Positions 53,134-62,265 of a DNA stretch of 64,000 nt are shown piece by piece; the first letter of the stretch is position 1, and every line of letters begins with the position of its first letter. Source of the stretch: a virus (taxonomy: Duplodnaviria; Caudoviricetes); the IMG/VR virus record IMGVR_UViG_3300033463_000029, positions 1-64,000 of that record; one strand, written 5' to 3'. The notes under the pieces are model-generated. The model saw only the letters and a program-made list of their open reading frames with translations. It did no database searches and was not told the origin of the DNA. The translations under genes and the position numbers were made by a program.

Positions 53134-54360
53134 TTAAACGTTACAGTTTTCAAGTATTCTTTTGAGAGCAGGAATAAACCTGTCATCATATTCATCATCA
53201 ACCTTTGACACAAGAAAATAGTCTGAAACCTCTTTCTTTGATGTGCCGTCTTTGTCAATGAACGTTGAATCACAATAAAGACTATCCACGGGAATCGAAT
53301 CAACTTCAACAAGGAACAGATGCATATCCTTATGCTTCAGATACTGGTGAACGCCGAGATCAACGAAAGAATCTTTCATCTCTGACAAATCGAGACCGGT
53401 CTCTTCTCTGCATTCTCTTATGGCTGTGTCTATGTCTTCTTCTCCGACATTCGAGCATCCCTTTGGTAAGTCAATGAGTTTGAATGAACCGGTTGGTCTA
53501 CACGCCAAAAAGAAACCGTTCTTATCACGAACAACAACACCACACGTTATCAGTCTTCCTTCAGGTGTTGTTTTCAAATTTTCAAAGCTACCGCTTGGTT
53601 TTTCTTCAACAAAATTGATTCGTTTCTCAATATAGTTTCTTCCTGCTTCTTTGAACACGGGAATTTCGTAATCAATGTGCCAGCCGGTATCCCGCTTAAC
53701 GCAGCACACCCCATATTTATATCGCTTTTCAAGAGTCTCCCAATTAAAGTTCTTTTCGGAAATCATCATCTCCTTAAGGACTTTGGTATTCTTTCCGTTA
53801 AGCTGTTTCTGGCTGTAGAAACTTTGTGCGCAAGAAAGAATCGAATTCCTTATTGCATCTAGCTGCCTCCACAGAACACAATTTGTAACCTCCTCAACGG
53901 GAACGTTAAATGCGCGGCAATCAAAAACAGCTAGTTTATTTGCAGATGTTTTATATCTGTCATCAAGTGATGTCGAAACGTTTTGCCTAAACGCCTCGTT
54001 AAATTTTACTGATGCTAACGCGGCCGCAATTGAACACATCTTTTGAGCTTCATAGTCAAACCATGCATCAGACTCAAGCGTCTTGTAATCTACGAGCACA
54101 AGAGTTATTTCGTCAGACTGCGTGTAACCCAGAACACACCCCTGAATATTTTCGCAGAGATATTTCATTGTCTGGTGCATCGCGTCGGCGAACAGTTCAT
54201 CAAATGGTTTCTTAAACCCGTGTGTAAAAGTGTGAAAACTTTTCCCATCGAGCCTCATTATAACTGGCGTTCTACGGGAAAGATAAGTTCTAGACCTCAT
54301 TTCATAATAGGTCTTCATTCTATTTCCAAGTGCATCGTTTTTCATATTAGAATGATACAT
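53134..54360 (-). CDS. Thg1-like (tRNA-His guanylyltransferase, 3'-5' polymerase) domain fused to a Nudix hydrolase
   Basis: RLDGKSFH.FT, YTQSDEITL, FDCR, WRQLDAIRNS; Nudix box PKG....GEEDIDTAIRECREETGL. Confidence 0.92.
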   Translation of the reverse strand: MYHSNMKNDALGNRMKTYYEMRSRTYLSRRTPVIMRLDGKSFHTFTHGFKKPFDELFADAMHQTMKYLCENIQGCVLGYTQSDEITLVLVDYKTLESDAWFDYEAQKMCSIAAALASVKFNEAFRQNVSTSLDDRYKTSANKLAVFDCRAFNVPVEEVTNCVLWRQLDAIRNSILSCAQSFYSQKQLNGKNTKVLKEMMISEKNFNWETLEKRYKYGVCCVKRDTGWHIDYEIPVFKEAGRNYIEKRINFVEEKPSGSFENLKTTPEGRLITCGVVVRDKNGFFLACRPTGSFKLIDLPKGCSNVGEEDIDTAIRECREETGLDLSEMKDSFVDLGVHQYLKHKDMHLFLVEVDSIPVDSLYCDSTFIDKDGTSKKEVSDYFLVSKVDDEYDDRFIPALKRILENCNV

Positions 54361-54370
54361 TTAAATTATA

Positions 54371-54452
54371 CTCGATAAGTTATAATCCCAAACTACATCC
54401 GTTCGAATGTACCCGATATGATATAATATCAAATTACATCCGTTCGAATGTA
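54371..54452. repeat. 41-bp tandem duplication with an identical 18-bp hairpin core TACATCCGTTCGAATGTA
   Basis: 54371-54411 versus 54412-54452, 6 mismatches by eye. Confidence 0.85.
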
Positions 54453-54454
54453 TT

Positions 54455-54910
54455 TTAGTTTTGTAATTTAGATTTTACTATTCTGGATACAACGGAACCA
54501 TCCACTTGTCCAGAGTAAGTTTTGTTGATGATCCCCATAACCTTCCCCATATCTTTCATAGACGTGGCTCCTACATTTGCTATCGTTTCATTAACGATTT
54601 TCTCGACCTCATCTTCTGTAAGCATTTTTGGAAGATAGTTCATAAGAACAAACATTTCCTGCTGCTCATTATCAGCAAGTTCATCTCTACCAGCCTGAGA
54701 ATAAATGTCCATGCTCTCCTTTCTTTGCTTGACTAGTTTTTGAATAACCTTTATGATGTCACTGTCATCGAGGTCCTTTTTTCCGCCGGGAGCAGTTTTA
54801 ACTTCCATAATCGCCGTCTTAACGGACCGTAATGCAGCAACAGTTCTCTCAAGTCTGTCTTTCATTGCATTAACCAGATCTTTCTGGATTTTAACTTCAA
54901 GTGTGTTCAT
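54455..54910 (-). CDS. GatB/YqeY domain protein
   Basis: AMKD..LRSVK.AI...KLVKQRKES..Y..AGR.ELA..E...YLP...MKDMGKVMG. Confidence 0.92.
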   Translation of the reverse strand: MNTLEVKIQKDLVNAMKDRLERTVAALRSVKTAIMEVKTAPGGKKDLDDSDIIKVIQKLVKQRKESMDIYSQAGRDELADNEQQEMFVLMNYLPKMLTEDEVEKIVNETIANVGATSMKDMGKVMGIINKTYSGQVDGSVVSRIVKSKLQN

Positions 54911-55257
54911 ATTACTTAAGCATTAAAAATTATCATTTGATTCACTGTTTATCATAATCTGTCTTATTGTCTCTGTTTTTTCCGATATGGTATCCATCGC
55001 AATATAGACATTTATAAACACTGAAATGTGTGTTGTGTTTCTGCCCCATCTTGTCTGCCGCTTTTTGTGCAGACTCAAAATGGTTATATGTTATCTTTGG
55101 TTCACCGGTATGCTGGTTAATATGAGAATTGATACTTAACCCGCCCCATGCATTCCCGGTGATGAAGAAATTTCTAAACCAAGTCTTTCTCTTAAACTGG
55201 TCCTTAATCCATATCTTGAAATTCTTCCACTTTATTTTTGGTTTATCTTTCATTTTT

Positions 55258-55872
55258 TTACATTTGTTTTGGTTCAAAATATAAAAGCGTAGGATTGTTC
55301 TTTTGTATAACAACATCTGGAAACTTTTCAGAAAATCGTTTTGTATTAAATTTTGAACAAACCAAATGATATCCAGATCTTGTTGGCACGGTTGCCTTTA
55401 TGTCGCCGCCACAATCATATATCATTTGAGTATATTTAGCAATATCTGAAATATCGTCAACATCATCAATGTCAACTATATATCTTCTTTTCTCCCTAAC
55501 AAACGATTTTCCGCAAGCGGTCGGATACATCGATATCACCCCGGCATAATTTTGAGAAACATATGTCCTAACAGTGTCTTCAACAACAAGATTTGCTACA
55601 TTTTTATAATTCCTAGGTGTTGGATTTATGTACGCACGTCCGTTTGTAACCCGGCACAGTAAACAAATTTCATCCTTTAAATCAAAAAGTTGTTCCTTGC
55701 TTGTAATCCTATAAAATTTAACAAGACGATTCTTGTTGTTTCCGGACACCTTGTTTCCGTCCTTTCCCCTAACGAGAACCTGAAGAAAATAAAATTCATC
55801 GTCATCCAGACTCATCGGTCCATCGAACAACAAATCACCAAGCAATTCAAAATTATCTACAACATTTTTCAT
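55258..55872 (-). CDS. Conserved phage protein, possible primase-polymerase (AEP)-like fold
   Basis: YIVDIDD and TRSGYHL motifs. Confidence 0.5.
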   Translation of the reverse strand: MKNVVDNFELLGDLLFDGPMSLDDDEFYFLQVLVRGKDGNKVSGNNKNRLVKFYRITSKEQLFDLKDEICLLCRVTNGRAYINPTPRNYKNVANLVVEDTVRTYVSQNYAGVISMYPTACGKSFVREKRRYIVDIDDVDDISDIAKYTQMIYDCGGDIKATVPTRSGYHLVCSKFNTKRFSEKFPDVVIQKNNPTLLYFEPKQM

Positions 55873-56122
55873 ACTGCAAATATATGAATATTATTTCAAA
55901 TTAGCAAAAAAAATTAACAATTTTCTTGTTCACAATTTTCTGTGCGACCCGCTATATCTAAACACAGAAAATCACAATTTTTCTTTGTACAACCGTCTGC
56001 TCCTCCATATCCAAGAGAAACTCTATTGTAAAAATTATCTCCGATACAAACCTTTGCTTTTGGGTTTACATCTTTAAGAGCATCAATCAAATCAGTAACT
56101 GTTTCTATATTAGCCATATAAT

Positions 56123-56884
56123 TTAAAATAAACTTTTACTTTCATCCAATGTAAAATCAATCTCAGGAATTTTTCTCCAAGCAACTATATTTTTGCCATC
56201 TCTCCATTTTCCATCAACTGTTCCGTTTATTGATATTGTTCCATCTGAATCACAGGTAAGAACATCTTCAGATTCGAACCACGTTTTTGTTTCCTGAGTA
56301 GCAGCATCATATTTTGACAGCCGGTGTTCAAACGGAAGTTTATCTATGCATCTAATCCACTCTGGTTCTTTTTTCTCATACTCTGTATTTTTCCGTCTAA
56401 GAGACCAATATCTAAGCGTACCCAAACGGGCAATTTCATACATATCTTCAACATACATCTTTGTGCCCTTTGGTCTATTGCACTTTCTTTGAAGAGAAAG
56501 CCACCCGGATTCCTCAGAAAAAGAGTATATCCCCGGACCATAATACCGCATCGAAGACTCGTCTATGAATTTTGATGCTGCTTGAGCCATTACTTTCGGC
56601 ACAACATAATAAAACTCGCTTATTCTGTCATCAGAATGATATGAGCGTTTCTTAAAATCGGCAATGAAATCGGACCAAGATCTCTTTATTTCATATTCGG
56701 TCAAAAACCCAGATCTTGACACTTTCACCAAGTCTGCCTCGTGCTCAACAAAGAATCCCCAAGACACGTTCGGAACATACAGATTTTCTCGTATATCATT
56801 TCCTACTATTAAATCCTCTATCTCCTTTACTGTCCTTTTTGTCAACAGCCCGGTTTTCTTAAAAGTAAAATCTTCTTCAAGCAT
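56123..56884 (-). CDS. MmcB-like PD-(D/E)XK domain fused to a DUF551-like domain
   Basis: EADL...EYEIKRSWSDF.AD..K; WIRCIDKLP...VAWRKIP. Confidence 0.65.
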   Translation of the reverse strand: MLEEDFTFKKTGLLTKRTVKEIEDLIVGNDIRENLYVPNVSWGFFVEHEADLVKVSRSGFLTEYEIKRSWSDFIADFKKRSYHSDDRISEFYYVVPKVMAQAASKFIDESSMRYYGPGIYSFSEESGWLSLQRKCNRPKGTKMYVEDMYEIARLGTLRYWSLRRKNTEYEKKEPEWIRCIDKLPFEHRLSKYDAATQETKTWFESEDVLTCDSDGTISINGTVDGKWRDGKNIVAWRKIPEIDFTLDESKSLF

Positions 56885-57459
56885 TAAATCCAGTCGTTTA
56901 TTTCGCTTTCAGCTAAGATGATACCCATCTTTTTCATATCATCTATCTTGAACAAAAAGTCATAAATTTCTTCGTTCGCTATTCTGTTGAGCTTAAATAT
57001 GTTTGATGAATATGCTGCGGCAGACTTCCACATATGCATATCTATAAGAAGATATTTGTATGCATATATTTTTCCGTCTTGAATTCCATCACGGCAAAGA
57101 ATAACATAAACCCTGCTTGCATGCGTATTTAGAGACCAACCGTAGTTTCCATGGCTTATGACTTCGAACGGAAGGTTGCCGGTGTTTGCTGCACGAGTAT
57201 CTATCTTTATTTCAACGGGCGTAAACGACGGATCCGTTACAGTGTCGAATGAATCTTTAACTTCTTTTCCATCTTTTGATATAACAAAGTCAACGTCTAT
57301 CTTCTGCCAGAATGGTCTTCCAGAAACATCGCAAATCTTCCACCCCCTCGATTCTGCTGATGGAGCAACGGAATTATAGAAGAATCTCTCTCCTATTTTT
57401 CCATATGTTTCGATGTCTTTATAAAAATTTGGTTTTCTTGATGTTTCGTATACACTCAT
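56884..57459 (-). CDS. PD-(D/E)XK nuclease-like protein
   Basis: G.IGE...DVDF...VEIKID...TGNL.FE..S...GW. Confidence 0.65.
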   Translation of the reverse strand: MSVYETSRKPNFYKDIETYGKIGERFFYNSVAPSAESRGWKICDVSGRPFWQKIDVDFVISKDGKEVKDSFDTVTDPSFTPVEIKIDTRAANTGNLPFEVISHGNYGWSLNTHASRVYVILCRDGIQDGKIYAYKYLLIDMHMWKSAAAYSSNIFKLNRIANEEIYDFLFKIDDMKKMGIILAESEINDWI

Positions 57460-58198
57460 AACACGTAGAAATTTTCTATTTCATAGTTAATGTATTTCAT
57501 CCCATCAAGCTCAGGTGAATCTATCAAAAACTTTCCGTATTTTTCCGCTGCGTCTTTATCGGAATAAACAGCGGATACGTGCTTCGTTGTCTTCCCTTCA
57601 GCGTTTCGCAATTCTCCAACAACTACAAACACGCCGTCAACGTTGATTTTTTCTAATTTACTCATATGTTTCTTAAGAAAACGTTTTTGCAAATATACAG
57701 AAAAAATGGATAAATAAAAAAAGAAAAACTTTAATTTATGATTGATATAGAGAAAATAGTGTCCGATTGCATATCAGTTGATTCCGTTTCAACAAAATAC
57801 GGAATAGGGAAATATTCTGAAACAAATTTCCTTCGTGTTGAAATCGCAACATCACCGGTTGAATTCATCGCGGAATTCAATGGAAAACCGATATCAGAAT
57901 ATTATGGAATCTTGATACCGGATAATGAGCCCAATGTACTTTATGTTGGAAAGTTGGTTGCAGATTTGTTCGATTATCTATACAAAGCTGGCGCATTTGA
58001 TGATAGAGGAAATGAACAAGTTTCAGATATTGTTGATGAAGTTGCAAAGGTGGTAAGTTATCTAAAAAGAGATGGTGGAGCAATTTCATTAACATTCTGG
58101 AAATCAATTACACCTGATGTTTATAAAACAATACTTGAAGAGGCTCTTGAAAATGAACCTGAACCAATAGATTTTAGTTCAGAAGACTTGTTCAATAT

Positions 58199-59053
58199 AT
58201 GATTGAATTCTTAAAAGAGCTTATAAAAATTATTTTAAGTCTTTTCTCAAAAAAAGATGACGAGAATAACGGAACAGTTGTGACTGAACCAACGAACGGT
58301 TCGGAAACTGATCCTGAACCAATAACAGATCCTGAACCAGCACAACAGGAGCAAAACAACGCAGAAGAAACAGAAAGCCAAAACACTAATAATATGGAAG
58401 AAAGCGTATACTCAAAAATCAGAGTCCACATTGATTACGGACACGCATCAACGACTCCTGGTAAGAGATCAAGTTACCTTTGTAGTGGCGTTCTCCCAGC
58501 AATCGAAGTTTATGAATGGAAGTCAAACAGAGAGATTGGTGGAAGAATAAAAGAAGGTCTTGAGAATCTTGGCTTCAGTGTCCATGTCGTAACACCGGAG
58601 AACGACGTGGATGTACCTCTAACTCAAAGATATCTCCGAGCAAACAATGATAAGAAACAACATCCAGAGATGAAGCACCTATTCCTTTCTGTACATTCAA
58701 ACGCTCACGGTCACGGTGACGCTTGGACAACAGCAAGAGGGTGGAGCGTATATACAACAAAGGGACAGAATAACAGTGATAAATTCGCTGACTGTGTATA
58801 TTATCAGGCGAAAGAAAATCTTCCTAAACTTGGTGCAACAACAAGACAGCAGATGTCAGACGGAGATCCGGATTATGAAGAGAACTTCACTGTTATCTAT
58901 GGCGCAAACATGCCAGCAATTCTAACAGAGAACCTTTTCTATACAAATGTTGAAGACGCAAAGATTCTTCTGTCAGAAGAAGGAAAAAGACTTCTCGCTG
59001 ATATACACATAAACGGCATAAAAGATTACGCAGACAAATATCTTTTGAAATGA
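58199..59053 (+). CDS. N-acetylmuramoyl-L-alanine amidase (Amidase_3), probable endolysin
   Basis: IDYGH, E, LSVHSNA, PAILTENLFY; N-terminal hydrophobic helix and acidic linker. Confidence 0.9.
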   Translation: MIEFLKELIKIILSLFSKKDDENNGTVVTEPTNGSETDPEPITDPEPAQQEQNNAEETESQNTNNMEESVYSKIRVHIDYGHASTTPGKRSSYLCSGVLPAIEVYEWKSNREIGGRIKEGLENLGFSVHVVTPENDVDVPLTQRYLRANNDKKQHPEMKHLFLSVHSNAHGHGDAWTTARGWSVYTTKGQNNSDKFADCVYYQAKENLPKLGATTRQQMSDGDPDYEENFTVIYGANMPAILTENLFYTNVEDAKILLSEEGKRLLADIHINGIKDYADKYLLK

Positions 59054-59540
59054 ACGTAGAACTTAAAAGACCAAAGGAATACATAAACGGAAAGCCATAT
59101 TATGCAATTACGGCAATAACCGGGATCCTTGAGCAAATACTTGGAGAAAAAATATCAACATCCGACGCAAGGAGGATAATGGTAGAATATGCAAAGATTA
59201 AAACGATTTCGTGCGCCAACGAAAGATTTTACGGAACGTTGTATAGCAAAGAAGATGCAGACTGGTGGTTTGTAACTCCAAGCACACAGGTGAAACTGAA
59301 AGAATTTTATCGACAGATAAAAGAAATGAGAGAAGCGGCAATAAAAGCAGCAACACAAAAAACAAAAAAACCGGTTTCAACATTTAGTTCAAAAACGCCA
59401 GAAGAGATAAGAAAAGAGAACGAAAGAAAAATGGCTGAACTAATCAAAGCTCAAGAAGAAAAGGAACGCAGGTCAAAAGAAGAAGATATGGACTACGTAT
59501 CCGATGAACTTTTAAGAAACGACGGAGTATATTATACACG

Positions 59541-60092
59541 ATGAACCTTATATGTAACAATTGTGTCGGTGCAAGAGTGTATGAAGCACTTAACAAACAA
59601 TACACAAACCCATTCATCTGGTCTTTAGTTAGACCGGATGAATTTGTTTATCTTATAAACAACTATAACAATATTGATTTTAATAAAAGAGAACTTATCC
59701 TTATAAACAATACGCTGTCAATAAGAATAGACAACAAAGTCACGGCTGTTTTTGTGCATCATATAAAAGACGAAAGATATTCAGAATATACAAAGCTTAG
59801 CATAAACAACCAGATGCAGGCAAGATATAAACATATGGATGAATTTATATTGGATAGATACGATGCACGTGTTTCTAGAATGACAGAATCTCCTATTTTT
59901 TTAATAAGTGACAGGCACAATTCATTTTGTAACGGAACATATACGTTTAAACCTGAAAGCTTAAATGGAATAAAAGATTTTTCAAACGTAACTTTCATAG
60001 GAAGCGAAAGAACAAATTTATGCAAAAGCCTGCTATGCAACGGAAACGCGTCAACAGCAGGCTTAGCGAAATTCTATCTAAAGAACAAGTAA
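59541..60092 (+). CDS. DUF1919-like protein
   Basis: ICNNCVG..Y......NPF motif. Confidence 0.6.
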   Translation: MNLICNNCVGARVYEALNKQYTNPFIWSLVRPDEFVYLINNYNNIDFNKRELILINNTLSIRIDNKVTAVFVHHIKDERYSEYTKLSINNQMQARYKHMDEFILDRYDARVSRMTESPIFLISDRHNSFCNGTYTFKPESLNGIKDFSNVTFIGSERTNLCKSLLCNGNASTAGLAKFYLKNK

Positions 60093-60093
60093 A

Positions 60094-61956
60094 CTATTTC
60101 TTCACAAGATTTTTTATCTGGTTTATCGCGGCAAAACTGCCGGTCAGTTTATACGTTCTTCCCTTGTACTTATAAACAACACCCTCGCTTGGGTATATTT
60201 CTGGATTGTCTCCAAGACGAGTAAGCAAATATTCCAACTTCTCGATCTTTCTCTCGTCCTTTGATGCAGACACGATGTCTATCGCATCAACTATACCCTT
60301 CTTAATCTTCTCTACGGCCGCCTTTTCGTTTCCTTCATTCTTTATGCCCTTTAATGACTTTATAACGTCGTTTCCGATGTCGATGAAGAGTTTATCCACC
60401 GGAAGCATTAAACGCTTAAGAAGGGCTTCTTTTTTGCCTTTATCGAGGGATTTTAGCTTCTCTCTGTGTTTCTCATCAAAAACAGACCATGCTACCCGTG
60501 TTGTTCCAAGAAGTCTTCCAACAGCAAGGTCGATTTCCTCATTAGTCATATCTGAAAATCCGTTAAAAGTGAGGTATCTTTTCAGAGCAACTTTTTTGAA
60601 ATCCTTAATCGTGTTATCGAACGTAAGCTCATATTCCTCGCACAGATCCATAAGCTTTAATATGTGCTTAGAAACAAGAGCTCCCCTTTCATCAGAGACG
60701 GCAGATATAAACACATTCTGCGGGCTGTTTGTCTTAAAATATGTGTGATTCGTTATCTTCATCGCATCTAACACAAGAGGCTTAAGTCTCTCTACGTTTG
60801 ATGAATGAACTTCTATTATCGATGGCGGAGATGTTGAATCAATATTATAATCTGTGCAAGTTGCCAGAAATCCGTTCAGGTTGATAATGTTTTCAACATA
60901 TGGTATTACGTTTTGAGCATCAATATCTGCGATTTCAAAATTACACCAAGTTCTGTAAACGAGTCTATCAAGTTTATCGTCCTCATTGAAAACTTCCTTC
61001 GCCGATCTGATATTCTTAAATATCGCCGCAATGGTTTCAGCCCCGTTAACAAACGCCTTGTGCACCGAATCTGTCCAATTCTTATTTTCCTTTATGTCGT
61101 CAAGCGTCATCGGATGATCAATCATTTGACTCTTATTGCGGGCAAATATAGGCTTTCCGGTTGTATCAACTGAAGCCATTATGTTCATTCCATCTATTTT
61201 CTCAGTTATGTCTTCAACATTTCCATTAAATATGTCGATAATCATATCATTTATTTCTTGGAAAGTCATATCATCCTCCTCATATGGATGGTTAATGTGA
61301 CCCGGAGCCGCACTCTCAAACACCCCTGCATTTCTCATATCGTTTTTCAAATCAACGTAATATGATGAAATAAATGGTCTGTGTGGAAAATATCTATAAG
61401 GATATGCTGCTTCAAAGTTTTTTGGATCTGAATTCCTCAAATCGTCCCTGATAATTCGAGATGATATTATTTCTCCATCAAGTCCATCTGTTCTTCCTGA
61501 ATATTTCAAAGGAAGTTTAGTTGGGCAAGCCATCGCAGTTATTCCTTCTTTATGATATTTTCCATCAATTTTAAATGCGTCTACAAAATCAAGGACACGC
61601 TTTTGATCTTCATCTTTAGTAGATGCAAGCATAAGATAATATCCATTACCGTATTGTTTTGTTGCTACTATATTATATGCTTCCCTCACCGGACTACCAT
61701 CGCATATAATATAATCAATCTTATCCTGACAAAGACCGCTGTGCAAAACATCATCCAAGAAGTATTTTGTCGTGTCAGCCTGAACACCATCCCTTGTTTT
61801 TCTTGAGAAAATAAGATGCAATCTAACATTAGCCTGATAATTAAACATCTTATCAACGGCTTCAATAGCGTTTATTGCCAAATCCATATGACCTCCGTGG
61901 AAAGGTTTAAATCCACCGGGATACAATATATGAACGTTAAGCTTTAGTTTTTTCAT
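60094..61956 (-). CDS. Fusion of an HxGH nucleotidyltransferase (cytidyltransferase-like) and a ligase-like domain
   Basis: PGGFKPFHGGH and ISS..IR; then HINHPYE, TEKIDG.N, EGVV, KLTG; VFES linker. Confidence 0.75.
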   Translation of the reverse strand: MKKLKLNVHILYPGGFKPFHGGHMDLAINAIEAVDKMFNYQANVRLHLIFSRKTRDGVQADTTKYFLDDVLHSGLCQDKIDYIICDGSPVREAYNIVATKQYGNGYYLMLASTKDEDQKRVLDFVDAFKIDGKYHKEGITAMACPTKLPLKYSGRTDGLDGEIISSRIIRDDLRNSDPKNFEAAYPYRYFPHRPFISSYYVDLKNDMRNAGVFESAAPGHINHPYEEDDMTFQEINDMIIDIFNGNVEDITEKIDGMNIMASVDTTGKPIFARNKSQMIDHPMTLDDIKENKNWTDSVHKAFVNGAETIAAIFKNIRSAKEVFNEDDKLDRLVYRTWCNFEIADIDAQNVIPYVENIINLNGFLATCTDYNIDSTSPPSIIEVHSSNVERLKPLVLDAMKITNHTYFKTNSPQNVFISAVSDERGALVSKHILKLMDLCEEYELTFDNTIKDFKKVALKRYLTFNGFSDMTNEEIDLAVGRLLGTTRVAWSVFDEKHREKLKSLDKGKKEALLKRLMLPVDKLFIDIGNDVIKSLKGIKNEGNEKAAVEKIKKGIVDAIDIVSASKDERKIEKLEYLLTRLGDNPEIYPSEGVVYKYKGRTYKLTGSFAAINQIKNLVKK

Positions 61957-62188
61957 TTATAGTTTCTTTTATTGTTTTCCATTTTCCAACAGGACATTCG
62001 GAATCTTCTGCCTTTGTCTTAGCAGCCAACACACATCCACAATGCTTGCATATTCCAGATATGTTATCATCACATTCATTGCAGATGTCCATTCTGGCAT
62101 CAAATTCTCTTTTATATTTGATGTCAGATATCTTATCAATAAGCCAGTTTGTCCAGCCCTGTATTATTAACTTTAACTTAAATAACAT
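61937..62188 (-). CDS. Small Cys-rich protein (R..IC..C...C..CGC...K...CP..KW)
   Basis: Motif; ATAAATA at 62196-62202 places the start at 62188. Confidence 0.65.
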   Translation of the reverse strand: MLFKLKLIIQGWTNWLIDKISDIKYKREFDARMDICNECDDNISGICKHCGCVLAAKTKAEDSECPVGKWKTIKETINEKTKA

Positions 62189-62204
62189 GTCTCTATATTT
62201 ATCG

Positions 62205-62231
62205 AAAAAGCCCGGACATAGAATGCCGGGC
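62205..62231 (-). terminator. Terminator after dnaK
   Basis: GCCCGGCAT...ATGTCCGGGC-TTTTT on the minus strand. Confidence 0.65.
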
Positions 62232-62265
62232 AAACAAATTGAAAAAAGGAGGTGTATCAATCTGT

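Noticed and set aside
54371-54452. Mini-CRISPR
   Set aside because: The sequence between the cores is itself duplicated (tandem 41-mer); only two units and no cas genes.
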